This document shows positions 10,863 to 21,904 of a stretch of 64,000 nt of DNA, piece by piece. The stretch lies in NCBI GenBank assembly GCA_963802945.1, contig CAWDKY010000015.1:128001-192000 (forward strand), in the 5' to 3' direction. A program made the position numbers and the translations under genes. Under the pieces are notes generated by a model. The model worked only from the letters and a program-made list of their open reading frames with translations, searched no databases and was not told where the DNA came from. The number at the start of each line of letters is the position of its first letter. The first letter of the stretch is position 1. Origin of the DNA: an uncultured delta proteobacterium (GTDB lineage: Bacteria; Desulfobacterota; RBG-13-43-22).

Positions 10863-12390
10863 TCTCAGCCTCTATGGCCTTTCGGGCTTCTTCCCGATCA
10901 TCAAAGTCAACAGTTTTTGAACCAAGGAGTTGATAAGTTTCATGCCCTTTCCCGGCAATCAAGACTTTATCCCCGTGCTGGGCAAGGTTTAAAGCCAAGG
11001 CAATGGCCTCCCTACGATCAGGAACTATGGTGTATCCGGGAGATTCAGGGACTTCTTTCAAATCATCCCGATCCAGAAAGGTTACGCCTTGTTCCTTCAA
11101 CCCTTGTTCAATATCCAAAATAATTTTTTCAGGATCCTCGGACCTCGGATTATCCGAAGTGATTATCGTCAGGTGACTCAGTTGACCGGCAATACGACCC
11201 ATGATCGGCCGTTTTTGTTGATCCCGGTCCCCACCGCATCCGAACACGGTCAGGATTTTTCCTTCGCCATATCCATTCAAAGCCGACAAGGCAAAACGCA
11301 GGGCCTCCGGCTTATGAGAATAATCCACCAGAATGGTCAGACCCTTTTTATTGGGGACCGGTTCCATACGGCCGGGGACGATCGTCAGGGATTCAATCCC
11401 TTTTTGAATAATATTCCCCTTCAGAAGAAAACCCTCTCCCACCGCCCAGGCAGCCAGGATATTGTACATATTAAAACGCCCGATTAAGGAGGACTTCATA
11501 GGATATTCACCCTGGGGGGTCTGAATTCGGGCTTGGATTCCATTTAAACTTGAGCGAATCTCTAAAGGAAAGTAAGAGGCCTTATGCTCTATCCCAAAAT
11601 CTTTTTTAGGATCTTGACAATCCCGCCAGAGCCGTTGTCCATAAGGATCATCGCGATTAATAATGGCCAGACCTTTCCCATTTTTTTTAAGGTGTTGATG
11701 AAAAAGTCCGGTCTTGGCCTGAAAATACAATTCCATATCCTGGTGGTAGTCCAGATGATCTTGAGATAGATTGGTGAACACCGCCTGATCAAAAACCATC
11801 TCTCCCAACCTTCCCTGATCCAGGGCGTGGGAGGAAACCTCCATGACGACATGGGTGATCCCCTCCCTGACCATTTCGGCCAACAGGGCCTGCAGATCCA
11901 GAGATTCCGGTGTGGTTACCGGTGCAGGCTTTACCTTGGCCCCATAACGATAAGAGACCGTTCCCAAAACACCAACCGAAAATCCGGCTGTATTCAATAT
12001 CGATTCGACTAAGTAAGACGTGGTCGTCTTTCCACTCGTTCCGGTGATGCCGATCAGCCGGAGTCGGGAAGCGGGATAGCCATAAAAACAGGCCGACAAA
12101 AGTGAGAGGGCCTGCCGACTGTTTTTAACCTTGATCTGAGTCACCGAAGAAGGGACAGTCCCCTCCTCTTTCTCAACCACAACGGTCCGGGCCCCATTTT
12201 GGGCCGCTTGTTCTATAAAACGGTGCCCATCAGCCTTGTGACCCTTTATGGCTACAAACAACCCCTTTCCCATGACCTTCCTGGAGTCATAAGCCAGGTT
12301 GGTTATTTCCTGAGCCGTATCCCCTTTGATCTCTGTCCCGGGCAGTGCTTTTAACAATTCTTTGAGCTGCAAAAAACTCTTTCTCTTCAC
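10846..12390 (-). CDS. murE: MurE ligase (meso-DAP type)
   Basis: GTSGKTTT, TTPES, MEVSSHAL, DHLDYH, FGCGGDRD, SDNPR, GKGHE. Confidence 0.96.
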   Translation of the reverse strand: MKRKSFLQLKELLKALPGTEIKGDTAQEITNLAYDSRKVMGKGLFVAIKGHKADGHRFIEQAAQNGARTVVVEKEEGTVPSSVTQIKVKNSRQALSLLSACFYGYPASRLRLIGITGTSGKTTTSYLVESILNTAGFSVGVLGTVSYRYGAKVKPAPVTTPESLDLQALLAEMVREGITHVVMEVSSHALDQGRLGEMVFDQAVFTNLSQDHLDYHQDMELYFQAKTGLFHQHLKKNGKGLAIINRDDPYGQRLWRDCQDPKKDFGIEHKASYFPLEIRSSLNGIQARIQTPQGEYPMKSSLIGRFNMYNILAAWAVGEGFLLKGNIIQKGIESLTIVPGRMEPVPNKKGLTILVDYSHKPEALRFALSALNGYGEGKILTVFGCGGDRDQQKRPIMGRIAGQLSHLTIITSDNPRSEDPEKIILDIEQGLKEQGVTFLDRDDLKEVPESPGYTIVPDRREAIALALNLAQHGDKVLIAGKGHETYQLLGSKTVDFDDREEARKAIEAENVQHG

Positions 12391-14381
12391 AGAACCGGCT
12401 GAAATTGGATCTGACAGCGGGTTTTCTGATTTAAAATCATACCGGGCAAGGGCGATTGGGCCACGGCCTTTCCGCTCCCCAGGAAAACGACCGGGATTTC
12501 ATATCCCCTCATAACCTCAAGTACCTTACGCATACTCATTCCCCGGATATCAGGCATGATCCGCTTGGTTTGCAAATCCGCCGGATTGACCTTCTCTTCT
12601 TCTCCGGTTTTTTGGGCCATGATCAAAGGGGCCATGTCTGGTTTCTCGTAAAGAGGCTCATAGGGCTGTTCGGGGGGCGCAACCGGTGCAGGCCGTCTTA
12701 TGCCCAGTATGGATAAGGATTGCTCGGCTATCGCCTTGAAAATCGGGGCCGCAACTACTCCCCCATAATGGGATCCCTTGGGTTCGTCAACCACCACCAG
12801 GATGACCAAAGAAGGATCTTCGGCAGGGAGGAATCCCATAAAATTGGACATATATCTCCCCGGCGCATAGTTCCTGGTCTCCGGGGAAACCTTTTGGGCC
12901 GTACCTGTCTTTCCTCCGACCGAAAGGCCGTCAATGGCCGCCTGAGTGGCCGTTCCTCCTTCTTCAGTCACCCGGATCAAGAGATCCCGCATCACCCGGG
13001 CAGTTTCCGAAGAGATGACCTGGCGTACAAATTGAGGGGAAAATTTTTTAACCGGGCTCCCTTTCTGATCGAGAATTTGCTGGACCAGGTAGGGTTTCAT
13101 TAGACGGCCGTTATTGGCAATGGCCCCCAGGGCGCAAGCCAGTTGAATCGCTGTGACTGTGACCCCCTGACCAAAACAAATATTGGAGGCCTCAATTTCT
13201 CCCCAACGATGGTACGGCCAGACCACTCCACTGACTTCCCCTGGCAGATCAATGGCCGTTTCTTTTCCAAAGCCGAAATTTTTAAGATAGGTATAATGCG
13301 TCTTAGGCCCTAACTTTTTCCCTATTTTCGTGGCCCCGATATTACTGGAAAACTTGATCACATCCTGGAAAGACAGCCACCCATGGGGGTGGGCATCATG
13401 AATCACATGGCTTCCCACCCGATAGTTCCCGTTCTCACAGAAAATCATATCATTGGGGGAAAACTTTTTTTCCTCCAGGGCGCCAGCCAACAAAAAAGTC
13501 TTAAAGGTCGATCCCGGCTCAAAGGTATCGGTTATGGCCTGGTTCCTTCTAAAGGACGCCGGAGTCTTTTGAAAGATATTCAAATTAAAGGTCGGGTAAT
13601 TGGCCAGAGCAAGTACCTCCCCGGTTTTAGGATTCAGTACAATGGCCATCCCCCCTTTGGCCTGGGCCTTAATCACACCTTTTTTTAATTCTTTTTCAGT
13701 AAAATATTGTATGTCTTTATCGAGGGTCAAGACCAGGCTTAAGCCTTCATTTTCCTGGATAGACTCGACATCATTCAAATACAGAGACCGCCCCAAGGCA
13801 TCTCGAAAACTGGGTTCATATAAATAAGGACTCTTTAAATACGAATTGTATTGCCTCTCCAGACCTTCTAAACCATTGGGATCCGTTCCAATGAACCCGA
13901 TGACATGACAGGCCAAGTCCATATAGGGATAAAAGCGTTGGGCTTCTTTAGTAAAGGCCACCCCTTCCAAGGCCTTGGCCCGCACGGCCTCATATTCATT
14001 GGGGGTGGCCCGGCGTTTTATATAGACAAAGGGTTTGGATGGCTTAAGCAAATTGGAAAGATATTTCCGGTCCATGGAAAGTAGGGGGCTTAATTGAACT
14101 GAGACTTCCTGGATGTTTTTTATTTCTTTGGGTTGGGCAAAAATAGATTCCATTTCAACGGTCATAGCTAGTTCAAAACGGTTGCGGTCATAAATGATTC
14201 CCCGTTTATGGGACCTGGGAATCAGTTTTTCTATTTCTCCCTTGGCAATCCTGGCCAATTTGGGTCCCTCCCACAACTGGAGCTGGACAGCCCGTCCGAC
14301 GACTAAGATAAAGAGGAGACAAACTAGTCCAAAAACCCAATACAAACGAAAACGGATCCATTTGAATTCCGGGTCTCTCAT
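12387..14381 (-). CDS. ftsI: Penicillin-binding protein FtsI with C-terminal PASTA-like domain
   Basis: RGIIYDRN, EPGSTFK (SxxK), SSN, KTGTAQK. Confidence 0.95.
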   Translation of the reverse strand: MRDPEFKWIRFRLYWVFGLVCLLFILVVGRAVQLQLWEGPKLARIAKGEIEKLIPRSHKRGIIYDRNRFELAMTVEMESIFAQPKEIKNIQEVSVQLSPLLSMDRKYLSNLLKPSKPFVYIKRRATPNEYEAVRAKALEGVAFTKEAQRFYPYMDLACHVIGFIGTDPNGLEGLERQYNSYLKSPYLYEPSFRDALGRSLYLNDVESIQENEGLSLVLTLDKDIQYFTEKELKKGVIKAQAKGGMAIVLNPKTGEVLALANYPTFNLNIFQKTPASFRRNQAITDTFEPGSTFKTFLLAGALEEKKFSPNDMIFCENGNYRVGSHVIHDAHPHGWLSFQDVIKFSSNIGATKIGKKLGPKTHYTYLKNFGFGKETAIDLPGEVSGVVWPYHRWGEIEASNICFGQGVTVTAIQLACALGAIANNGRLMKPYLVQQILDQKGSPVKKFSPQFVRQVISSETARVMRDLLIRVTEEGGTATQAAIDGLSVGGKTGTAQKVSPETRNYAPGRYMSNFMGFLPAEDPSLVILVVVDEPKGSHYGGVVAAPIFKAIAEQSLSILGIRRPAPVAPPEQPYEPLYEKPDMAPLIMAQKTGEEEKVNPADLQTKRIMPDIRGMSMRKVLEVMRGYEIPVVFLGSGKAVAQSPLPGMILNQKTRCQIQFQPVL

Positions 14382-14704
14382 TTCAGGATCTCAATCTGTC
14401 CTTTTCCTGGAGGCCTCAATCCTAACTGGTTCAGGGCGATGCCTTCTATTCTTTCCGGAGATTTCATATTGGCCACTTGGATGCGCAATTTTTTGTTGAT
14501 TTCCATCAGCTCCTTTCTTTGATTCTGGGCGCTGGCGATATCATAGCTCAGACTCAAGGTCTGGACATGAAGCCGGATAAAGGCCAGAACCCCTAAGACC
14601 AAAAAGGTCAACAGGATAAAAAAATATTTTTTAGGGCCACGGGGAAGTTTTTCCCTAACTTTTTTCCCCCTCGAATGGGGCTGAGGCTTGATGGAAGCGT
14701 TCAA
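14378..14704 (-). CDS. ftsL: Cell division protein FtsL
   Basis: Short bitopic protein with coiled coil and SPERIEGIALNQLGL; between rsmH and ftsI. Confidence 0.85.
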   Translation of the reverse strand: MNASIKPQPHSRGKKVREKLPRGPKKYFFILLTFLVLGVLAFIRLHVQTLSLSYDIASAQNQRKELMEINKKLRIQVANMKSPERIEGIALNQLGLRPPGKGQIEILK

Positions 14705-15640
14705 ACCAATCCTCCCATCCGTTCTCCTATCCGTAGTTTTGCCCCTCGTGACCGGGGATTCTCTTTTATCTCCTTTTGAGATGGAACAATAGGTTTAGAG
14801 CTTAGCCGTTTAAATGCCGGCTGATCCTTTGGCCGGCTTGGCTTTGCTAATCCGAGTGGATCCTGGGTCCCTCGTTCCAACTTTAAAAAGGCCTGTTTGA
14901 TGAGCCGGTCTTCTAAGGAATGATAGGCTATCAAACAGACCCTCCCTCCATCCGTCAAGGCCTCAAGAAACTGTTCCAGAAAAGCCTTTAACTGGATCAT
15001 CTCGTCATTAATCAAGATCCGCAGGGCCTGAAACGTCCGGGTGGCCGGATGAATCCGTCCTCCCCTGGGAATGGACCCTGATATCAGATCAGCCAATTCT
15101 CGCGTGGTCTTAACAGGCCTTTGGGCCTGAAAGGCCATAATTTTCCCGGCAAGGCGTCTGGCCCATCTTTCTTCCCCATATTCTTTTAAGACCCCGGTTA
15201 ATTCCTTTTTATTGGTCCGGGTCAACCATTCCCGGGCACTGATCCCCTGAGTCTGATCCATTCGCATATCCAAAGGATCATCCCGTTGGAAGCTGAACCC
15301 CCTTCCTGGATTTTCTATCTGAAAAGAAGAAAAACCCAGATCAAGGAGGATGCCGTCCACCGCACGGACACCCAATTTGGAAAGGATTTTTCTTAAGTCT
15401 CCAAATTTTCCATGAACCGGATGAAGTCGATTGGAAAAAGGTTTTAATCTCTCCCGGGCTAAAGCCAAACCTTCCGGGTCTCGATCTATCCCAATAACCT
15501 GGGTCGTTACAGGACTATGTTGAAAAATAGCCAGGGTATGTCCTCCAGTTCCGAGGGTGCCGTCCACAAAGAGGCCTCCCTTGTCACATTGAAGATAATG
15601 AACCACCTCATTAATCATTACCGGCTGATGGATGATCGAT
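14701..15640 (-). CDS. rsmH: 16S rRNA m4C1402 methyltransferase RsmH (MraW)
   Basis: DGTLGTGGH, DLGFSSFQ, PLDMRMD, HPATRTFQALRI, HSLEDR, NPRSRGAKLR; conserved HQPVM lies upstream of the ORF-track start, true ATG probably hidden by a +1 error (atcg at 15640, 7 nt after AGGAG). Confidence 0.95.
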
Positions 15641-15653
15641 GTCGTTGCTCCTT

Positions 15654-16094
15654 TTAAAGACCTAACGAGGCCAATTTGTCTTCCAACACGGGCAAATTTT
15701 CTTTGCTTTTAGCCCATTCTTTTTCAAACTTGACCTTGTCCCAAATCTCAAAATATTTAAGCTGACCGACGAGGATGACCTCTTTCTCCAAGCCGGCATG
15801 TTCTCGAAGGGTCGGTGGTATCAGGATTCGGCTTTGGCTGTCCAGGCTGCACTCACAGGCCCCGGAAATAAAAAACCGTTTATAGGCACGGATATCCCTG
15901 TCTGCCAAGGAGAGCTGGCTTACTTTTTCTTCAATCTCCTGCCATTCTTGATAAGGGTAAACCGCCAGGCATTGGTCGGAGTTGGTCACAATTAGACGAG
16001 GGTCTCCGTTGGTTTTTATTAAGTCCCGAAATCGTGCCGGAACATTGACTCGACCCTTGGAGTCAATTAGATGGTTCGATCGGCCACGAAACAT
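15654..16094 (-). CDS. mraZ: Division/cell wall cluster repressor MraZ
   Basis: MFRG...IDSKGRVNVPARFR and LDSQSRILIP repeats, FEIWD. Confidence 0.96.
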   Translation of the reverse strand: MFRGRSNHLIDSKGRVNVPARFRDLIKTNGDPRLIVTNSDQCLAVYPYQEWQEIEEKVSQLSLADRDIRAYKRFFISGACECSLDSQSRILIPPTLREHAGLEKEVILVGQLKYFEIWDKVKFEKEWAKSKENLPVLEDKLASLGL

Positions 16095-16124
16095 ATTTCT
16101 GCTCCCCTTTTATTGGTCTAACTA

Positions 16125-16149
16125 CCCACAATACTCCATAATTCCCCAC
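16125..16149 (-). promoter_or_regulatory. MraZ operator (three boxes at 10-bp period)
   Basis: Minus strand GTGGG-gaatt-ATGGA-gtatt-GTGGG just upstream of mraZ. Confidence 0.7.
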
Positions 16150-16158
16150 TTTCATGTA

Positions 16159-16186
16159 ACTATAGTAAAAAAACAGCCTTTGTCAA
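16159..16186 (-). promoter_or_regulatory. Sigma70-type promoter of dcw operon
   Basis: TTGACA-16 nt-TATAGT on minus strand. Confidence 0.6.
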
Positions 16187-16359
16187 GGAAAAAAATAGGA
16201 TTACCGTTGGAAATTCTTTAAATTTCTCCCTTTGCCGGAGAAAAAGGGTTGCAGGTTGAAAAGGCCGGGAGGATGCATTATATTTATAGCTAATCGGAAG
16301 TAACCCGTTGTGCCAAAAAACGTTCAGGGTTTTGCGGACAATGATGTTGGGCAAAAATA

Positions 16360-16420
16360 GAATTCAGAAGACAGAATTTAGAAGAAATCTCTTTATTCTG
16401 CTTCTGGGTCCTGGATTCTA
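16360..16420. repeat. Inverted heptamer micro-repeat hairpin
   Basis: gaattca-gaagaca-gaattta-gaa ... ttctgcttctgggtcctggattcta. Confidence 0.6.
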
Positions 16421-16451
16421 ACTTATGGTTTTTCATAAAAAAAGAGGAGTT

Positions 16452-18263
16452 ATGAATAACTTAGAGAAAAGAAAAAATATTTTACAGGAATTAAACCAGA
16501 ACCTCCCCACTCAAAAAGAACTGGAAAGGGAATTGAGCGATTATCTTTCCAAGAAATATGGAGACCGGGTAAAAATCATCACACCTTTTGTTTTCCCAAA
16601 GGAGGAAACCGAGGAAACTGAAGGCCCTCCTAAAGAAAAGAAAGGGGTGGCCTCAAAAATCAATTTTAATCTTAAGCCGGAAGAACTGGAAGCGTTTTTG
16701 AACGAATACGTCATCAGGCAGGATGAGGCCAAGGCCGTACTGGCCACCAAAATCTGCACCCATTTTAATCGCATCAAGTTCTGGGAGCAGCAGGACAAGG
16801 GAAACGGGTCCGATCCGGTGGGAATGATCAAAAACAATATCATCATGATCGGGCCTACGGGAGTTGGAAAAACTTATATAATTAAATTAATTGCCAAGAA
16901 ACTTGGAGTCCCTTTTGTCAAAGGGGATGCCACTAAATTCAGCGAAACCGGTTATGTAGGAGGAGATGTTGAGGATCTGGTAAGAGATTTGGTTTATGAG
17001 GCCGGTGATGATATTGAGTTAGCTCAATACGGGATCATTTACATAGATGAGATCGATAAAATCGCTGCCAGCAGCCAGATGATCGGCCCTGATGTATCCC
17101 GAACCGGGGTCCAAAGGGCTTTGCTGAAACCCATGGAAGAAACCGAAGTGGACTTGAGGGTTTCCCATGACCCGATCTCGCAAATACAGGCCATAGAAAA
17201 TTATCGTAAAACCGGGAAAAAGGAAAAGAGAACCGTCAATACCCGGAATATTCTATTCATTGTCAGCGGGGCCTTTAATCACCTGGAAAAAATCATTCAA
17301 AAAAGGATCCAGGAAAAGGGAATGGGATTCGGTGCTTCTCTCAAATCTAAGAAGCAGACCGCTAAACTGCTGAGCCAGGTGCGCGCCGAAGACCTGATTG
17401 CCTATGGATTTGAATCGGAGTTTGTGGGAAGATTGCCGGTGGCCGTTGTCCTGGAAGAGCTGTCCGAAGAAGACCTTTATCAGATTCTGAAAAACCCCAA
17501 TAACCCGATTATTCGAAGCAAGAAGAGGGATTTTAAATCTTACGGCATCGACATCCTGTTTGAAGACGAAGCCCTTCGCCTATTGGCCCAAAAGGCTTTT
17601 AAAGAAAAGACCGGGGCCCGGGGCCTAGTCAGTGTAGTGGAAAAGTCCTTAATTAAATTTGAAAAAAAATTACCTTCCACCTCGATTAATCAACTTCTCG
17701 TTTCACGTGAAGTGGTCCTCAATCCGGAAACGGAACTGGAACGGCTTTTGAGCGATCCGGAAAATCCCAAAACAAAGGCCGCTTTTCTTGATGCCTGGGA
17801 TAAGGAACAAAAGACCCTAATTGAAAGGCTTAAAGAAAAGAGTTCTGAATTCACCGCCCGGTTTGACAGCGGATTAACGGAATTCCGAATGAAATTGGCC
17901 GCGGGGCGTTGTCTGGAATTGGTTCAGGATTTCCCAAGATCTCTCGAAGAAGTATGGCAGATGATCCGGCAGGTCCGGGAATATGAACTGCGTTTTTTCG
18001 AGCGCTTCGGGATCAGTCTGAAGTTCTCCGAGGATGGGATCGATGCGGTCCTTCAAAAGGCCATCGAGTCTAAGGTGAGTGTCTGGTCCATTTGTGAAAA
18101 TCTATCAAAAGATTTCGAGTATGGATTTAAACTGGTCCAGGAAAAAACCGGAAGGAATCAATTTATCATAACCCCGGAAGCCGTTTCCAACCCGGAAGGT
18201 TATATTCAACAACTGATCCGAACCTATTACCAGGGCGGGGAAACGGGACCGAATGAAAAATAA
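16452..18263 (+). CDS. ClpX-like AAA+ ATPase (no N-terminal zinc finger, extended C-terminus)
   Basis: GPTGVGKT, DATKFSETGYVGGDVE, IYIDEIDKI, DVSRTGVQRALLK, MGF loop, EFVGRLPV, TGARGL. Confidence 0.85.
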   Translation: MNNLEKRKNILQELNQNLPTQKELERELSDYLSKKYGDRVKIITPFVFPKEETEETEGPPKEKKGVASKINFNLKPEELEAFLNEYVIRQDEAKAVLATKICTHFNRIKFWEQQDKGNGSDPVGMIKNNIIMIGPTGVGKTYIIKLIAKKLGVPFVKGDATKFSETGYVGGDVEDLVRDLVYEAGDDIELAQYGIIYIDEIDKIAASSQMIGPDVSRTGVQRALLKPMEETEVDLRVSHDPISQIQAIENYRKTGKKEKRTVNTRNILFIVSGAFNHLEKIIQKRIQEKGMGFGASLKSKKQTAKLLSQVRAEDLIAYGFESEFVGRLPVAVVLEELSEEDLYQILKNPNNPIIRSKKRDFKSYGIDILFEDEALRLLAQKAFKEKTGARGLVSVVEKSLIKFEKKLPSTSINQLLVSREVVLNPETELERLLSDPENPKTKAAFLDAWDKEQKTLIERLKEKSSEFTARFDSGLTEFRMKLAAGRCLELVQDFPRSLEEVWQMIRQVREYELRFFERFGISLKFSEDGIDAVLQKAIESKVSVWSICENLSKDFEYGFKLVQEKTGRNQFIITPEAVSNPEGYIQQLIRTYYQGGETGPNEK

Positions 18264-18265
18264 AA

Positions 18266-18388
18266 GAATCCAAAATTCGAAGCACGAAACAAGTTCAAAT
18301 GACCAAAATGCAAAAACCCAAACGTTTTAATATTGGAAATTGAAGTTTTGGATTTGCTTCGGATTTCGTGCTTTGAATTTTGAATTTG
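18266..18388. repeat. Inverted micro-repeat hairpin (AAATTCG/AAGCACG type)
   Basis: aaaattcgaagcacgaaa pairs with tttcgtgctttgaatttt, with further degenerate arms inside. Confidence 0.7.
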
Positions 18389-18461
18389 CTCTCCAATTTT
18401 TTTGGTATATAGAGGTCGAAAATAATTTCTTAGAATAAAAAATAGAAGAAACTAACGCACA

Positions 18462-19697
18462 ATGATCGGCATATCGAAACTCTATCTGGGCACTGTTGAA
18501 CCCTCCGATGCCTTGCGTTACGGGCGGCGCTCGGATGAACTGCCTTCGCACCTCCTTCAATTTTCTCAGGATAAAAAGCCGGTTGTGGTCTGGAACATCA
18601 CCCGGCAGTGCAACCTGAAATGCCGTCATTGTTATGCCCAGGCCCAAGCGAAAAAACCGAAAGGGGAATTGACCACCCAGGAAGGGAAGGTCTTATTGGA
18701 TGACTTAAGTTCCTTTGGAGCTCCGGTGATCCTGTTCTCCGGCGGGGAACCGGTCTTGCGCCCGGACCTTCCGGAATTGGCCGAGTATGCGGTGGCCAAA
18801 GGGATGCGGGCGGTCATCTCCACCAATGGCACTTTAATAACCAAAGGGCTGGCTAAAACTCTAAAAGATATCGGCCTGTCCTATGTAGGCATCAGTCTCG
18901 ACGGGATGGAGGCGGTCAATGATCGCTTTCGCGGGATTGCCGGGGCCTTTGCCCAGGCCTTGACCGGTATCCGGAATTGCCGGGAGGCCGGGATCAGGGT
19001 GGGCTTGCGTTTTACCATCAACCGTCTGAACAGGGATCAAATCTCTCCTATCTTTGATCTTATTAAAAACGAGGACATCCCCAGGGTCTGTTTTTATCAC
19101 CTGGTTTATGCCGGCCGGGGCTCGAGCTTGATCAACGAAGATCTGGATCACATCCAGACCCGGCAAATCGTGGATTTGATCATTGATCGCAGCAAAGAAT
19201 TATTCGATGCCGGTTATGAAAAAGAAGTGCTTACCGTGGACAATCATGCCGACGGTCCCTATCTGTATCTGCGGATGTTGAAAGAAGGCTCTTCCCGGGC
19301 CCCGGAAGTTCTGGAGCTTTTAAGAATGAACGAAGGCAATAGTTCGGGCCGGGGGATCGGCTGTGTCAGTTGGGACGGCCAGGTCCATGCCGATCAATTC
19401 TGGCGGCATTATTCCTTCGGCAATGTGCGAGAAAGGCCATTCAGCGAAATCTGGGAGGATACAACCCATCCTTTGATGGCCCGCCTGAAGGACAAAAAAA
19501 AATATGTCACCGGCCGCTGCGCCGCCTGCCGCTGGCTGGATATTTGCGGCGGTAATTTCCGGGTCCGTGCCGAAGCCGCAACCGGTGAACTTTGGGCCCC
19601 CGATCCGGCTTGTTACCTGACGGACGAGGAGATTAAAGTGCCCTGGCCTCCACTTGAATTGACAGACACTGTAGAAATAAGTCCCATCTCGAATTGA
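18462..19697 (+). CDS. ahbC: 12,18-didecarboxysiroheme deacetylase AhbC (radical SAM, alternative heme biosynthesis)
   Basis: MIGISKLY...DALRYGR...LPSHLLQFSQDKKPVVVWN, CNLKCRHC, SPASM cysteines, DPACYLTDEEI. Confidence 0.92.
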   Translation: MIGISKLYLGTVEPSDALRYGRRSDELPSHLLQFSQDKKPVVVWNITRQCNLKCRHCYAQAQAKKPKGELTTQEGKVLLDDLSSFGAPVILFSGGEPVLRPDLPELAEYAVAKGMRAVISTNGTLITKGLAKTLKDIGLSYVGISLDGMEAVNDRFRGIAGAFAQALTGIRNCREAGIRVGLRFTINRLNRDQISPIFDLIKNEDIPRVCFYHLVYAGRGSSLINEDLDHIQTRQIVDLIIDRSKELFDAGYEKEVLTVDNHADGPYLYLRMLKEGSSRAPEVLELLRMNEGNSSGRGIGCVSWDGQVHADQFWRHYSFGNVRERPFSEIWEDTTHPLMARLKDKKKYVTGRCAACRWLDICGGNFRVRAEAATGELWAPDPACYLTDEEIKVPWPPLELTDTVEISPISN

Positions 19698-19703
19698 TTT
19701 ATT

Positions 19704-19762
19704 TGTTACACCTACTTCTCTTCAAAAAAGCTGGACTCAAAAATTAACAATTACGGATTGAA
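19704..19762 (+). repeat. Non-coding direct repeat A, copy 1
   Basis: Ungapped 44/59 match by manual alignment to 45013..45071; starts with identical tgttacacctac. Confidence 0.65.
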
Positions 19763-19803
19763 CTCAACAGGCCGTCTCGCGAGCCTCTCCATTGTTAAGA
19801 TGC

Positions 19804-21727
19804 CTAACCAGTCGATGAGCCTGCCATTTCGGGTGTGGATTCGGACAACATCTTTCTAAGCTCCTCCCCCTGGACGATTTCCTGCTGCGAAAGGAGATGG
19901 GCCAAATCATCGAGGACCTTCCGCCGTTCCCGAGAGGATTCCTTGCACCCTTTGATGGGCTTCCTCGACGACCCGAGCGACCTCTTCATCAATCTGGCCG
20001 GCTTTTTCTTCACTGTAGGTTTTGCTGGGGGCAAAGCCTTCCGGGAGGAACATGGGCTGACGAGGGCGCTCATAGGTCACCAGTCCCAGGCGATCGCTCA
20101 TGCCATATTCCGCGACCATGGACCGGGCAATGTCTGTGGCCCGCTGCAGGTCGTTTTGGGCCCCGGTGGAGATTTCTTTGAAAACCAGTTCCTCCGCCAC
20201 CCGGCCTCCTAAAAGAACGGCCAGCCGGTCCAGCAGCTCCGGGCGAGTCATTAAATAGCGATCCTCCGTGGGTTGTTGTTGGGTATAACCGAGGGCGGCA
20301 ATCCCCCGGGGAATAATGGAAATTTTGTGCCACCGGGTCGGCATGTTCAACCGATTCAGCCACAATGGCATGTCCGGACTCATGAAAGGCAACGATTTCT
20401 TTCTCCTGCGGATTCATGACCCGGGTCTTTTTCTGCAGTCCCCCAACCACCCGGTCGATAGCCTCGTCGAGATCCGCCAACTTCGACCATTTCTTTATTT
20501 TTCCGGGCGGCCAACAGGGCGGCCTCATTGACGAGGTTGGCCAGATCGGCCCCCACAAAGCCCGGGGTGCGGCCGGCGATCTTGCGGAGGTCCACATCGG
20601 GACCCAAAAGGACATTCTTGGAATGGATTTTCAGGATGGCTTCCCGGCCGTTGATATCCGGGCGGTCCACCAGGACCTGCCGATCAAACCGTCCCGGACG
20701 CAACAAGGCCGGGTCCAGGATTTCCGGCCGGTTGGTGGCGGCCATGATGATGACCCCTTTATTCGTTTCGAATCCGTCCATCTCCACCAGGAGCTGGTTG
20801 AGTGTTTGCTCTTGCTCGTCATGCCCACCCATGACATTGATTCCCCGGGCCTTTCCCAAGGCGTCCAGTTCATCGATGAAGATGATGCAGGGGGCTTGGG
20901 TAGTGGCCTGAGAAAAAAGATCGCGAACCCGTGCGGCCCCCACGCCGACGAACATCTCCACAAACTCAGACCCGCTGATGCTGAAGAAAGGGACTTTGGC
21001 CTCCCCGGCCACAGCCTTGGCCAGAAGGGTTTTGCCGGTCCCCGGCGGGCCGACCAGAAGCACCCCTTTGGGAATCCTTCCTCCCAGTTTCTGGAATTTT
21101 TCCGGAGTGCTCAAAAAATCCACGACTTCCTGAAGCTCATCTTTGGCCTCATCGATGCCGGCCACATCGGCAAAAGTGACCTTGGTTTCGTTCTGGGCAA
21201 AAAGCTTGGCCTTACTCTTGCTGAAAGACATGACCCCCATACCCGGCCCCATCCTTTTCATAGCGAACCGCCAGATGATAAAAAAAATACCGATAGGGAG
21301 GACCCAGGAAAGAAGACCGCTCAGGAATTTGCTCTCGATAAAGTCCGGAGTAATTGACCTTGTGTTCATCCAAATCCTTGACCAGGTCGGGATCATTCAC
21401 CCGAATCGTGGTGAAGGCCTGGTCCGGTTTTTTTTCTTTTCCTTTCAACGTTCCGCTGATATTGTCCGGGCCGATGGTCAGTTTAGTAACAGTCCCGTCG
21501 GCCAAGTATTGTTTAAACTGACTATAAGGAATAGTCTCCACTTTTTGAGAAAGAAAGTATTGTTGCACGAAGGTAAATAACAGAAAGACGATCAGGAAAT
21601 ACCAGATGCTGAAATGAGCCTTGGGGGGCAGGGCATTCTGCTTTTTCTGGGGGTCCTGAGGGTTGAAGATAGAACGAAATTTTTCTTTTGATTTTTCCAT
21701 GAGGTCTTTCATTCCATCGGACGGCAT
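19804..21727 (-). CDS. ftsH: ATP-dependent zinc metalloprotease FtsH (four +1 frameshifts; error or pseudogene)
   Basis: Two [62 protein letters not shown] spread over ORFs 21212..21727, 20380..21396, 20070..20615, 19907..20392, 19804..20073. Confidence 0.9.
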
Positions 21728-21904
21728 ATTTCCTCCTTTATAATTTTAAAAATTTAAAAATATTATAGTAACAGTATTTACCCTTTATTAAATGGTAGCC
21801 TTGTAAGGCCTGTATCAAATCTACTTAAGCGTTCCTTCGGCCTGCTGCATGGATTGACTGAATACACGAGATGCTAAAAAGGAACCGCCGCAGCCTAGTG
21901 GTTA

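Noticed and set aside
19804-21727. ftsH split into five genes
   Set aside because: Four single-base insertions rejoin one FtsH with intact motifs; true pseudogene status cannot be fully excluded
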